From Octopus sinensis (Eukaryota): a stretch of 64,000 bases of DNA. The notes beneath the pieces were generated by a model that saw only the letters and a program-made list of their open reading frames with translations, did no database searches and was not told the DNA's origin. Position 1 is the first letter of the stretch. The number at the start of each line of letters is the position of its first letter. Shown piece after piece: positions 10,728-23,300 of this stretch. The stretch lies in contig NC_043008.1 of NCBI RefSeq assembly GCF_006345805.1, positions 25,544,001 through 25,608,000 on the forward strand, in the 5' to 3' direction. The translations under genes and the position numbers were made by a program.

Positions 10728-13330
10728 CTCAATATCTTTTCTTCTTAAGGTCTACTTCAAAATCGATATGCAATTGAGACCAAGGTTCATATTTTGTGTT
10801 AGGTAGTTTTACTGCCAGCACACATCCTCTGCTGCCTTTAACCAGGTTTTCAATTTCCTTGTCCATACTTGGCCAGTATACAAAACTTCACATCAGCGCC
10901 TTCATTCTTTTAGCATTCTCTTTCATAATGTCTGTGGTATGGCAACCCTCTGAGCATACACTATCATATATAGAGTACAAGTTCACATCTCGGTGGTTCT
11001 TTGCATTTAACCTTTCTTTATTTCCCTTTGTTGGTCACAGTTTTCATTAATAAATTTGTCATTTCTCGCATTTCTTTTTATTTCTTCCAAAGTTACTGGT
11101 AGTTCATGCACGATGTTCCACATCACTTCTTTTTGTCTCAGTTCATTGATCTCGTTTGATTATTTGACTGCTCCATTTACGCTATTGCACAAAGTGCTTA
11201 TAGATGTACCCCATAAATTAAATTTCTTCATGCATTCAGTGCCAAATAAATTCATGGATTTTTTTCAACACAAACATTCACTTTTTTTGTTCAACCTCTG
11301 AACATTATATTACAAACACGTTCACCCATAACATATAATTTTCTTCCCGTAACACCGAATGCTATTTTGTTTGAACTACATAATATTGGTTTATCCATTT
11401 GTTCCTATGTTTTCTCATTTATGATTGTGATACCACTTCCCATTTCTAATTGCATTCTAACACTAGTGTTTTCAATTCTCACATTCACAAATTTTCTGTT
11501 TGTTGTAGTCACAACTTTTCTTGCTGACAAACTATTTATTTTTTCTTGTTTGTTCCATTTTCTTTTCATTCTAGTTTTGCAGTGTAATTTTATATGTCCT
11601 GTAAACCCGTAGCAAAAACACTTTGCTTTTTTGATACGAACAACCTTTTTCCAGGTGCATCCCACCACATACCACACATGGGTCTACATCCTGATATTTT
11701 TTCTATTTTTCCTGCAGCACTTTATTTGTCTTCCGACATTTTTGCATTGATCTTATGTGGAAACACTCTTTCTGTTGAATTTCTTTCATGTCATGCCTTA
11801 ATTTTAATATCATGTCACACTCTTCTGACAGTTTCTACAATATCAAATCTTGGTTCATTTCCAGTTAAGCTATAATTTTCGTTCGGATTTCTGCACCCCT
11901 TTTATCTGTCAATCCTTGTGCAAAAATCAAACACTTGAAAAATCTGGAGTAAGCATAGCCAGCCTAAATCTCTCACATTCTTTGTTCACTCTGCCTATGT
12001 AAGTAGAGAAGTTCTCATCTTTGCCCTTTTCTATGTTTCAACATTTCTATCTAGTATTAAACAGTGAGCTCTTTTCACTAAACACTTTGCACAAAATGTC
12101 AACTGTGTTGGTGAAATTTATGTCAGATGCTTTTTTTTAGCAAGATGAAGTTACTATACTTCTCATGCTCTGCTGTTGCTAGTTTTCTTAAAACTAGATG
12201 CGTTTTCATTTCATCCATCCAATTCTGACATTCACTTTGAAAAATTTGTTGAAATCTTCGAAAGTAAGCCTTGAAGGTTATTCCTTCATCGGGGTCATAT
12301 TTGAATTCGCTTATGGAATTTGCTACATGGTCAAAATGTATTCTTTGGTTTGGTCATCAACCTCATTAGTTGCAACATTTGCTGTTGCAATCCTTGTTGT
12401 TCTAATTGTTTCTTCAGTTGTTGTTGTTGCTGTTTCTGCACCTCAACTATCCCAACAAACAACTCTTCCATATTTTACAATTTTCATAAGTTTGCACAAC
12501 AAGAATTTTGTTTCTTATTTGTTGAGATATTTAACTTTCTATATGAATTATTTTAAACTCACCATGTGAATGTTTTTTTTTCACTCCTCATAAATTTGTT
12601 TTTTCCCATCGCCACCATAGTAAAGTGGTGTTTCGCCATTGTTGTATCATCTGTCTCATGATGAGAGTTGTTGCTCTGACAGATATTATTATATTCTGAT
12701 TGTTGTTAATAGAAAGGTTCTATCGAGCACTGTATGATCTGCAGTCAAAAGGTTGGATTGTTATAATGTCCACTCAGTATCATAGTATAATTATTATATC
12801 AGCACAGACATGACTATCAACACAGTCTACACTTATTCTCAACCTACCTTCTTCCTGTCGACTGGCTACTGGTCTATTTGTAATGGCTGGTTACTTCCAC
12901 TTTTTACCGGGAGGGGTGTACAGTTTCACTATACAACACTTATCGAGTTGCAATTGTGCATGTCATCAGAATGAGTGACAAAAGAATATCCAAAGTCCTC
13001 ATGTACAGCCAGCTCAATAGTGGGCACAGAAATGTTGACTCACGATAGCTCAGATATAGGGACAAGCTGAAGAGTAACCTCTCTGCAGTCAATATAGCTC
13101 AAAACTCACTTTAAGCAAACAGCCTTGGAGCAAACAAAATGGAGACCATGTTGTAATGGTATAAAAGACTTTAGCATTAACAGGGTAAGAGATGCAAGGC
13201 AAAGGAGAAAAACTGCTGCAAATACACTGACTGCACAGACCCATAATCCTCATGCTAGTAATGTTTGTACGCTTCTTTTCAAATTGTTGGCTGGACTCAA
13301 ATTGTCATGTTCAACAGCATAAGCATTATG
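9880..13330 (+). mobile_element. Old RTE/BovB-type LINE 3' part, split by a Gypsy LTR insertion (9880-10287 and 12939-13330)
   Basis: SLDDEIVNCLAKATNTFGK..LWNEKSIKIDTKVQVYKVAILTAFLYGSE...GGIESF, resuming after the LTR element with HVIRMSDKRISKVLMYSQL...LRYRDKLKSNL, then a decayed C-terminal CxxC finger. Confidence 0.8.
10288..12938 (-). mobile_element. Internally deleted Ty3/Gypsy LTR retrotransposon with two LTRs
   Basis: LTRs at 10288-10624 (TGTTGTA...TACAACA) and about 12617-12938. PPT (rc AAAAGGGGAGA) at 10625-10635; PBS-like TGGCGATGGG next to the 5' LTR; TSD TTTAT/CTTAT. Remnants of a gag CCHC knuckle (CFCYGFTGHIKLHC), protease (MQLEMGSGITIINEKT) and integrase zinc region (RMKALM.SFVYWPSMDKEIE). 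No RT seen. Confidence 0.9.
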
Positions 13331-13405
13331 ATTGACAAAGTAAATGTAGTTTGTCGGTTCCTCATACATCAAAACCAATGGGAGTGCCCATCAAACATAT
13401 ATGTA

Positions 13406-13449
<44 letters not shown>

Positions 13450-13496
13450 ATACATATATATATATGTATGTATATGCACACATATTTATACACATT

Positions 13497-13549
<53 letters not shown>

Positions 13550-13690
13550 GGCTTTAAGAAGGGCATACAGTCATAGAAGCTTTGTCAAAACACCAGAATT
13601 TGGCATTGTCTTGTAGCTTGCCAGTTCCTGTTGAACTGTCCACCCAATACCAGCATGGAAAACAAATGTTAAATGATGATGATAATAATG
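13550..13690 (+). mobile_element. Diverged RTE 3' tail
   Basis: GAAGGGCAT...CAGCATGGAAAACAAATGTTAAAT(GAT)n. Confidence 0.7.
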
Positions 13691-13711
13691 TTAGGTGTGT
13701 ATGTCTGTTTG

Positions 13712-13738
13712 GTGTGTGTGTGCGCACGTGTGTGTGTG

Positions 13739-13793
<55 letters not shown>

Positions 13794-13816
13794 TGTGTGT
13801 GTGTGTGTGTGCGCGT
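13712..13816. repeat. (TG)n microsatellite
   Basis: Direct reading. Confidence 0.95.
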
Positions 13817-14203
13817 GCAGGTGTGGTCGTGTTTTTAAGAAGTTTGATTGCCAAACCCAAAGTTTCAGCTTCAGTCCCACTGCATGACATCTTGGACAAG
13901 ATGTCTTCTACTATATAGACCCAGGCCAACTACAGTTTTGTGAATGGATTTGCCAGTTGGAAATATCTGTGTGCATATATGTATCTGTGAGTGTGTGAGT
14001 GTTGATCTCTTTGTCTTAACATTGCATAACTGTTGTATATAAATATTGTTTATTTGCATTATTCTGCAAAAATGTGCCTGTTCTTGGGGAAATATTACCT
14101 TGCTCAAAAACAGATAAAAGTGGGAAACAGGCAGGTTATGCAGCCATAAAAATCTACCTCAATAAAATATAGAAGCATGGAGATGCAGATGTTAAAATGA
14201 TGA
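13817..14203 (+). mobile_element. SINE family C (degenerate tRNA-like head, RTE-like (GAT)n tail); other copies about 20265-20335(-), 37600-37770(-), 39270-39425, 41015-41150, 55055-55220, 57400-57530
   Basis: GCAGGTGTGGTCGTG..TAAGAAGTTTG...TTCAGTCCCACTGC...TTGGACAAG..TCTTCTACTAT...TTGTGAATGGATTTG recurs at the listed sites. Tail is GCATGG...GATGTTAAAATGATGAT. Confidence 0.7.
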
Positions 14204-14346
14204 TATATGATATACATAAAATAGTATATTCATTTATGTTTGTGTATTTGTTTTACAAGATTCTTGATGTGAAATTGTGTGATGAAACAAATATTGCTAT
14301 ACTTAGCCATGGGCCTCTTTTTCCAATTAAACACACATACTATATA

Positions 14347-14588
14347 TTTGGTCTCCTTTTCAGCTTTATTATTATCATTTTAGTTTCTTTGTCAAAGCTC
14401 TTTCATCACACATCCTGTGACCTCTTCAGTGACTCTCTATCCCATGTGACTCCTCTTGTTCTGCTTATTCCAGAACCAGAGGAGACACGTGGGATAAAGA
14501 GTCACTGTAAAGGTCATAGGATGTATGATGAAAGAGCTTTGACAAAGAAACTAAAATAATAATAATTAAGCTGAAGTTAAGACCAAAG
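14347..14588. repeat. ~240-bp imperfect palindrome (inverted pair of hammerhead-bearing Penelope-like repeats)
   Basis: Arms of about 115 bp are reverse-complementary around a 7-nt loop at about 14464-14470. Confidence 0.85.
14391..14433 (-). ncRNA. Minimal hammerhead ribozyme motif
   Basis: rc: GTCA-CTGAAGA-G-GTCAC-aggatgt-GTGAT-GAAA-GAGC-TT-TGAC. Stem I GTCA/TGAC; stem III very short. The mirror copy at 14501-14543 has a mutated core (CTGTAAA). Confidence 0.55.
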
Positions 14589-14775
14589 TTATAGTGCGTC
14601 AGTTTAATCGGTAAAACATGACCATCTCCAAGTATAGCAATAAATGCATATACTCATATTATATTTATATGGTAGGTAGCCCATTGATGTCTGATGATGA
14701 GAAAGTCTGTGTATATAGCATTTGTTCAGGAACTTTTTGATACCACCTTGCGTGTGTGTATCTGCATGTATATAT

Positions 14776-14995
14776 TTCTTTACTTCCCACAAGGGGCTAA
14801 ACACAGAGAGGACAAACAAGGACAAACGGATTAAGTCAATTATATCGACCCCAGTGCGCAACTGGTACTTATTTAATCGACCCCAAAAGGATGAAAGGCA
14901 AAGTTGACCTCGGCGGAATTTGAACTCAGAAAGTAGCGGCAGACGAAATACGGCTACGCATTTCGCCTGGCGTGCTAACGTTTCTGCCAGCTCAC
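14776..14995 (-). mobile_element. tRNA-derived SINE (family D) with Deu/Nin-like domain; older copies about 16060-16180, 29910-30047+31459-31532, 37345-37560, 51480-51655, 53830-54030
   Basis: rc: GAGCTGGCAGAAACGTTAGCACGCC...GAGTTCAAATTCCGCCGAGGTCAACTTTGCCTTTCATCCTTTTGGGGTCGATTAAATAAGTACCAG. Confidence 0.8.
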
Positions 14996-15035
14996 GTGTA
15001 TCTGCATGTATATATGGATGTAGTACATACATATA

Positions 15036-15922
15036 TATGGTCTGATCAATAAGTATCCGGATTGTTGTCATAATAACGATGCTAAAGTACATAGAGTGAA
15101 GCCAATTTGCAAAGATTGACCTTGAACTCTGCTGTGCATATGCACTAAGTTTTAACATTCTAGCTCACTGCCACTGTTTACAGCAGTGCTTGGAAAGAAT
15201 GTGTGAAGTGTGTGATCATCACATTGAGCATGACAGAGAAAGTTAAGCAGAGAATCTGCATCAAATTTTGCCAAAAGCTTGGCCATGCCTGCCCAGAGGC
15301 CTACGCATAGTTTTCTAAAAGTTTTCATTGTTCTTGACTCGATCCAGGAGATCTTTTGCAACTGAAACCCAGGTGTCTTTTTGGTCACCTGAAAGCAGTT
15401 TTGGCAGAAGCTTGGCGGACATGTGTCTCATACCCAAATCTTCCGTGATAATGGACTAAACTGAATCACAATTAATCTACACATACTCTGACAACTCACG
15501 AAGGGGGATTTGACAATTTTCCCTCACAGCTGCATACACATCTGCTATGTTTTTCTCAGTTCTGCTGGTTGTGGGTTACCCAGAACATTCGCCAATAGTG
15601 ACATATTTTCGGCCATCTTAGAAACATCTGAACCACTTGTACTCTTGTGTGTGACTCATACGCTCCCCTCCATACACTTTCTGTAACTTTATGTTGGCCT
15701 CTGAGCAGGTATTGCCATGACAAATTCCTCTGTCATAGTCAATGCATCAATCACACACTACACACCTTCCTTCCAAGCACTGCTGTAAACAGTAGAAGTG
15801 GTTTAGAACTTAGTGTACATGCACAGCAGAGTTCAAGGTCAATCTTTGCCAAGCATTTGGACTCTGTGTACTTTAGCTTTGTTGCTATGACCACAGTCCG
15901 GATACTTGTTAATTAGACCTCG
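15036..15922. mobile_element. Rearranged mariner element with an inverted-duplicated 5' end (~270-bp arms)
   Basis: TA-flanked ends GGTCTGATCAATAAGTATCCGGA / TCCGGATACTTGTTAATTAGACC. The left arm encodes the transposase start MTEKVKQRICIKFCQKLG. The minus strand from the right end continues to IITEDLGMRHMSAKLLPKLLSGDQK. Confidence 0.85.
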
Positions 15923-16242
15923 TATGAGCATAAAATCTATGTATGTACGTATCTATCTATCTATCTGTATGTATGTCTGTCTATACACGTGTGTGTGTGT
16001 GCGTATTTATATGTTTATATGTGCGTGCATATATATGCATATATGTAATGGTCCAGCAACAGAAACCAATAAAATAAGTACTAGATTTAAGAAATAAGTC
16101 CCGGAGTCAATTTGTTTGACTAAAATGCCTTCAAGACAGTACTCTAGTATGACCACAGTTTATTGACTGAAACAAGAAAAAGTAAAGTAAAAGAATATAT
16201 TTATATTTACTATACATACACACAAACATACATGTATATGTG

Positions 16243-16960
16243 TGTAGGGAAGGAATCATGACAGATGAACAGTAGACAGGAAATTTGCTGTGGCTAGCTA
16301 GTGAGTTGGCCTGCGGCGAAGTGGACTTCCAGACAAAGAGAGACAAAATAATGTTAGCAGTGAGAGTTAAATGAATCTGAATTAACTAAACAGTAATAAC
16401 TGGTGGCTTAAGCCCTGATGTACATAAAGCAATAAACCTTTGATAAATATATTCTCGTCTCCACTAATTTGTTTGTGTATAGCCTAACAAAGCTATAACT
16501 GGTGAGCCCGACGATAGAACAGCAGCTCTCTCAATCGAAACAAATATGGCAAGTGGCAAAGCAACACATATGCTTCCATGTCTCTGGCAACATCTGCACA
16601 TGTCACCCTCACATAGCAACCATCTCACAGACTGAGAACAAATTCTCAAATCTTCTTGCAAGTCACCCAAATCTCACCATTCCGACATTCTCCAAACTTA
16701 CAGCCCATCATGGGGTCACACACCACATCTCCACCACCACCCCTCCCCCAGTGCACAGCCGTGCACGTCATCTATCACCAGACAAACTTGCAATTGCAAA
16801 GGCCGAGTTCAACAATATGGAGGCATTGGGCATACTTTGCCAATTAAGTAGTCCCTAGTCATCACCCCTGCATGTGGTCCCCAAATCCAGTGGAAGTTAT
16901 CAACCTTGTAGAGATTAATGCAATCTCAATACAGATATGACACCTAACTGCTACCCCATT
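16243..16960 (+). mobile_element. Gypsy LTR remnant: LTR, PBS and deleted pol fragment
   Basis: TGTAGGG.. LTR-like segment with AATAAA; PBS TGGTGAGCCCGACG at 16500. Then HGVTHHISTTTPPPVHSRARHLSPDKLAIAKAEFNNMEALGI..SSP*SSPLHVVPK (Ty3/Gypsy RT N-terminus). Confidence 0.85.
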
Positions 16961-17276
16961 GCCCCCGCAAAAACAGACACAATCACTTCCATAAAGGAAG
17001 AAATACTGAAAGAACTCAAGAAAATCAAAACAAATCTGTCAACATTTTTGAACAAATTCGACTCAACACATCAACCCAATCAAGAGGACAATGAGGAAAC
17101 CGATACGAAAAATACAACCTCCAAAATCGTCGAAAACCTTCGAAACTTATGCAAAACAAAAAAACACATTTTTCTCTAACAATGCGACTGAAATGTTTTT
17201 TATAAAATTATTTTAGCATTTTCTATCTTGACTTTTTTTCCATATATATCAACTCGTGTTTTCCTCTTCAACCTTC

Positions 17277-17333
<57 letters not shown>

Positions 17334-17354
17334 GTAGATATATAAACACCACAG

Positions 17355-17388
<34 letters not shown>

Positions 17389-17937
17389 CAGTGTGTATGT
17401 GAAAATGAATTAAAATCATTGATTTAGCTGTCAAATAGGATAAAAATATAGTAAAAGTTATTTTGCAGGGCCCTTTGAAATCTGATAGCCACCATTAACA
17501 CAGACACAATGAAGATAATAAATTCTTATTACTTTCAGTTCTGCTATGATAAGTAATATTCTCTACCTTTTCACTTGGTACATAAATTCTTCAAATCTTT
17601 TTAACAGTAGTTATGACTGTTAATAACATAAATACTGTTTAATGTCCATTATAAATCATAAAGGTTATTTATATCTGTTATTCAATCTCTGAGGATATGA
17701 CAATGTAATCTGCTTATAAGTTTTTAGCAAAACAAATATTATTGCTATTGAAACCTGTGTAAGATAACATAACAAAAACAATAGCTATGAAGAGCAGTGT
17801 AAGGAAACTTGCACTATAATGCAAGTTCTCTTCTGAGTTTCATCTTTTGATATACAAAGCATGCAAAGCAATTCTAAATATTGTTTTATATGCAATTTAA
17901 GCTTAGATAATATTAGATAATTGTTTGTTTGTTTGTT

Positions 17938-18056
17938 TGTATGTATGTATTTACACACATATGAATGTATTATGCATGTATGTATGTATGTATGTATGTA
18001 TGTATGTATGTATGTATGTATGTATGTATGTATGTATGTATGTATAATGTATGTAT
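17938..18056. repeat. (TATG)n microsatellite
   Basis: Direct reading. Confidence 0.9.
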
Positions 18057-18779
18057 GAGTTTTTGACATTCTGGGTGCTGGGTCATAGAAATTCATCTGG
18101 TTGGTGTCAGGGTGCATAATAAAACCACTGAGAGTGAGGAACCCTAGCTGTCCTCACAGCATCCTTCTACGAAAAGGACACACTGATATAAAACCTATGA
18201 TTTCCTGTGGTTACTGGTCATCATGCTTCAGCCTGTCACTAGTACTAATCATAGAGTCTCAGAAAGTGGGATTCATGTTGTACAAGGGTTAACACTATAA
18301 TTCAATGATGTACAGATGTCTCTTTATGGTGACCTCATTTGTAATTCAATTGACTAAAAGTCCTGTGGTGATAGAAGAGTGGTGATATGGGCAGACCTAA
18401 CCAGCTGGAAATGCACAGTAAGTTACAGCTTGTCACCTCTGCTTCAAACCATGCAAATCTACAACAGGACTGAATAGTCACCTGAGATGTCATGGATGGA
18501 AAGTTAGAATACCATTGATGATGAGGAAGTACAAAGAGACAGCATGTATGTGCTTTATTACACATGTTGCTTGTGTGCCTTTACTTATGCATGTCACTTC
18601 AAATGTCTGACACATTTTATTGATCATTTTGGTCATGGTTCATCCATGAAAAGTGGAATAAATAGCAAGCGACCATCTAGGCAAATCACATTTGAATGAT
18701 TACCAAGAAAAGAAAAAGAAAAATCTGCTCAGGCACCACTGGAAATCCCTCTTCCCCACTTTTCTTATCAAGTTCAGAA

Positions 18780-20100
18780 CTGCAAAGCTGTGGTGGAATT
18801 GGTATTCTGTTTTCAGAAACATGAATGGATAAGGTAACTCAGAAAGTAAGGTTATGCAATAGAATTATTAAATTAGACATAAGAAAAACAACTATGCCAA
18901 TTCCTCCACATATGTACCACATTCAAAACTGGTAGGTGAACAGAAGGGTTATTTTTATGGGTTACTATAAAAATAAAGATAACACATCTCTTAATAACAG
19001 ATAATTATAACTTTACTGTCACAACTGGAAATTTTAAGGGACATATTGAGCAATATCATGAAAACTGGAGTACATGCTGATTATCAGTTTAGTACAAATA
19101 ATGAAGAGGGATCAAAGCTCCTGGAGTTCTATGATGCAAATGATGTCATGATCTTCAACATGAATCTACAGAAAGCTTTGGGCCACCTTATCACACACCA
19201 ATCAGGTGAACACACGAGAAATATATTATAATCTTACTGGATCTTACTGGAAATTGCGATTGGTGGCTGATTGTGAAAAGCACAGTGTTTTCCACATGAA
19301 GAATACACTTCTCAAAACTGACTAATAGTTAGTAACTTCAAAATAAGGAATAATCTGAGATACAAAAGATTTGAAGGAAGAAAACCTGGTTGCCAAGGGA
19401 ATATTCTGCTAGCCATAGATTCAAAAAGGGATTGACTAATGCTTAGTAAGAGTGGGGAGATAGAGTTATAACAGAGAAGAACTGGCAGTTTTTATGAAAC
19501 ACTCTACTAAGTCAACACATCAGACATGTGAGTGATGCAATTCCAAAGCAAATACAAAGTAGTGGAACAATGTTGTAGATATTGACGTTACAGCAGAAGT
19601 ACAGTCTTAAAAAAGACTGTGAGAGAGGCACAACAGAAAAACAAAACCAAATGACTAAAGTAAAGCTAGGTGAGAGGTATTTCTAGCAAAGGGAGAAGCA
19701 GAAAAGAAGTTTGCACATGGTTTTTGACATGAGGATCAATAACATGTTCTGTTCCACATTGCCAACATTGCAGAAAATTACAGAAAGTGTTATTGCAAAA
19801 CTGATTGAGGACACGGTTAGTCTGCATAAGACATCTCAACCAGTTTGCCTTTGACCCAGTAAGAAGTTCCACTGATGCCATATTCCTTGTAAGACAACTA
19901 AAAGAGAAGTATGTGACTAGACGTAAGCCACTATACCCGGCACTCATAGATCTATAGACCTTTCATAGGATCCACTACGTCAGGATTTGGTAGCTCTAGA
20001 GTAAAAGCTAGGAGTAAATGTATGGGTCATACAAGCTTTGTAACAAGGGGCTGTAAGCAAAGTGAGAATCAGAAATGAAAGAATTTAGTGTGGAAGCAGG
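18780..20100 (+). pseudogene. Heavily decayed RTE ORF (APE to RT)
   Basis: Remnants GGIGILFSE, NEEGSKLLEFYDAND, WNNVVD, SSTDAIFLVRQLKEKY, colinear with the RTE at 20340-23705. Confidence 0.8.
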
Positions 20101-20137
20101 TTAGATCATCATCATCCCCATCACTGTCATCATCACC

Positions 20138-20169
<32 letters not shown>

Positions 20170-20338
20170 TTAGCATCATTTAGCATCATTTAGCATCTGT
20201 TTTCCGTGCTGGTATAGGTAAGAAAGTTTGATTAGGGGTGATAAGTTGGAGAGATGCACCAAGCTACAGCCCCAGGTCAACTAAAGTCTTGTGAATGGAT
20301 TTTGTAGACAAAAGTGGAAAGAAGCTGATTGTATAGAT

Positions 20339-23300
20339 ATCATCATCATCATCATCATCGTTTAGCGTCTGCTTTCCATGCAGGCATGGGTTGGACGGTG
20401 CAACTGGGGTCTGGGAAGCCAGAAGGCTGCACCAGTCCCAGTCTGATCTGGCAATGTTTCTACGGCTGGATGCCCTTCCTAACGCCAACCACTCCATGAG
20501 TGTAGTGGGTGCTTTTTACGTGCCACCGGCACGGAGGCGAGGCGAGGCTGGCAAACGGCCACGGTCGGATGGTGCTTTCTACGTGCCACCAGTACTTAGG
20601 CCAGGCGAGGCTGGCAACGGCCACGATCGAATGGTGCTTTTTACGTGCCACCGGCACGGAAGCCAGTCACGGCGGCACTGGCAACGGCCACGTTCAGTTG
20701 GTTCTCTTATGTGCCACCAGCACTGATATCACAGCGACAATTTCCATTCATATTGATCAATTTTGATTTTTGGTTTTTTCATTTTTGATTTTTTGATTTT
20801 CACTTGCCTCAACAGGTTTTCACAAGTAGGGTTTTGTGTCCCAAGAAGGAAAGGTATGCATAAGTGGACTGAGGCCATGGGTGATGGTCTCACTTGTCCT
20901 GCCGGGTCTTCTCACGCACAGCATACTTCCAAAGGTATCGGTCTCTAGTCATTTCCTTGGTGAGACCTAAAGTTCGAAGGTCGTGCTTCATCCCAAGTTT
21001 TCGTGGATCAGCCTCTTCCACAGATTCCCTCAACAGCTAGGGTATGGCACTTTTTCACACAACTATCTTCATCCATTCTCGCCACATGGCCATACCAGCG
21101 CAAACATTTCTCTTGCACACTGCAACTGATGCTTCTTAGGTCCAACTCCTCTCTGAAAGTACTTACACTCTATCGAGTATGAACACTGACATTACACATC
21201 CATCGGAGCATACTGGCTTCATTTCTAGCGAGCTTACGCATATCCTCAGCAGTCACGGCCCATGTTTCACTGCCATGTAGCATGGCTGTTCGTACACAAG
21301 CATCATACAGTCTACCTTATACTCTGACCAAGAGGCCTTTTGTTCCCAACAGAGGTAAGAGCTCTCTGAACTTTGCCCAAGCTATTCTTACTCTAGCAGT
21401 TACACTTTCAACACACCCGCCCCCGCTACTGACTTGGTCACCTAGGTAACAGAAGCTATCAACTATTTCTAGTTTTTCTCCTTGGAAAGTGACGGAAGTT
21501 GGTCTCAGAGCATTTTCAGTGTTTATTGCTTCTGAGCATCTGCCACATACAAAAACTATCTTCCTAGTTAGCCTTCCCTTGACATTGCTGCACCTCTTGT
21601 GTGTCCATAGCTTATACTTGGTGCATCTTATAGAGTTTCTACACACGCCTTTCCTACAGATCGAGCAAGGCTATCTACCTGAAGGCGTTTGTGACTTGTC
21701 TACCTTCCTACTTATTAGGACTTTGGTTTTAGCTAGGTTGACTCTAAGGCCCTTCGATTCTAATCCTTGCTTCCACACCTGAAACTTCTCCAGTTCTGAT
21801 AGTGACTCAGCAATTAGAGCAAGGTCATCAGCATAGAGGAGCTCCCAGGGGCAACCTGTCTTGAATTCCTCCGTTATTGCCTGGAGGACTACAATAAATA
21901 GGAGGGGGATGAGAACTGAACCTTGGTGGACCCCTACCTCTACCCGGAATTCTTCACTGTACTCGTAGCCAACCCTCACCTTACTAGCAGCGTCCCTGTA
22001 CATGGCTTGCATAGCTCTCACTAACCATTCATCTATCCCTAGTTTCCTCATTGACCACCAGATAAGATATCGGGGGACCCTGTCGAAAGTTTTCTCCATG
22101 TCAACCAAAGCCTGGTACAGGGGCTTATCTTTGGCTAGATATTTCTCCTGCAGCTCTCTTACCAGGAATATAGCATCAGTGGTGCTTTTCCCTGGCATGA
22201 ATCCAAACTGCATCTCATCTAAACTAACTCTCTCTCTAATTAGTTGGGCTATGACCCTCTCTGTAACCTTCATTACCTGATCCAACAGCTTGATACCTCT
22301 GTAATTATTTGTATCTAGGGCGTCACCTTTACCTTTGTAGCAGTTGACTATTATGCTGCTACACCAGTCATTGGGTATGACTCCTTCGTGTATCACCTGA
22401 TTAACTATATGGGTGAGTAGGCTATAGCCGACACTACCAGATATTTTGAGCATCTCTGCATTGATTCCTGATGGGCCTGGGGCTTTCCCTGTCTTCATGC
22501 TTCTAATTGCCTTAACTACCAAGGAACTGTCAACTCGGATAGCTGGTCCCTCTGTTGGGACAACATTCGGCAGACTCTCTTTATCCCATTCATTTTCTTC
22601 ATTCAGCAACCTTTCATAGTGGCATCTCCACACCTCTCTCTTTGCATCCTCATTTAGCGCAAGTGAACCATCATCCATGCGAACACATTTCTCTCCTACC
22701 ACATCACGATTCTCTCTCACACACTGTCTCGCAACGCGAAATACCTCAAGTCTTTGGTCCTCATGGTGCAGAACATTGGCAAATTTTTTCTTATCTGCTT
22801 CCCCTCTGGCTAAATAAACCTGTCTCCTAGCTTCTCTTTTGGCAGTCTGATACAATTCCCTGCTACCCCCATTTTTCCAGTCCTTCCAAGCCTGTCTCTT
22901 TTCTCTAATAGCCCTGTCTACAACATTGTTCCACCACCACGTTATTCTAGGTCGAGAGGGGACTTTGCACCAGCCACAGATCTGGTCAGTGGCTCTCAGC
23001 AGGTTGTCTCTTAGAAACGTCCAGTTGTCTTCTACCCCCTGTGATGCTCTATCCCCTTCTACTTCGTCAAAGGCTTCAAGTAATATGTCCCTAAATCTCT
23101 GTCCATTTGCAGGATCTTTAAGCTTCCAGATCCTTCTTCTCCATGTTGGTTGTCTTTCTTGTCGTCCTCTTAATCCTGATCCTAAAGTCACTAACTACCA
23201 GTCTATGTTGTGGGGTACATTCTTTGCCTGGGAAGGTTTTGGCATTTATAAGCAGCCATCTTTCCCTTTTCCTGGCAAGGATGTAGTCAATTTGGCTGGT

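Noticed and set aside
18108-18192. HDV-like ribozyme upstream of the decayed RTE (GGGTG/CATCC P1, CTG-TCCTCA-CAG P3/L3)
   Set aside because: The GG needed for P1.1 after P1 is absent and no convincing P2 was found; could be decayed but is unsupported.
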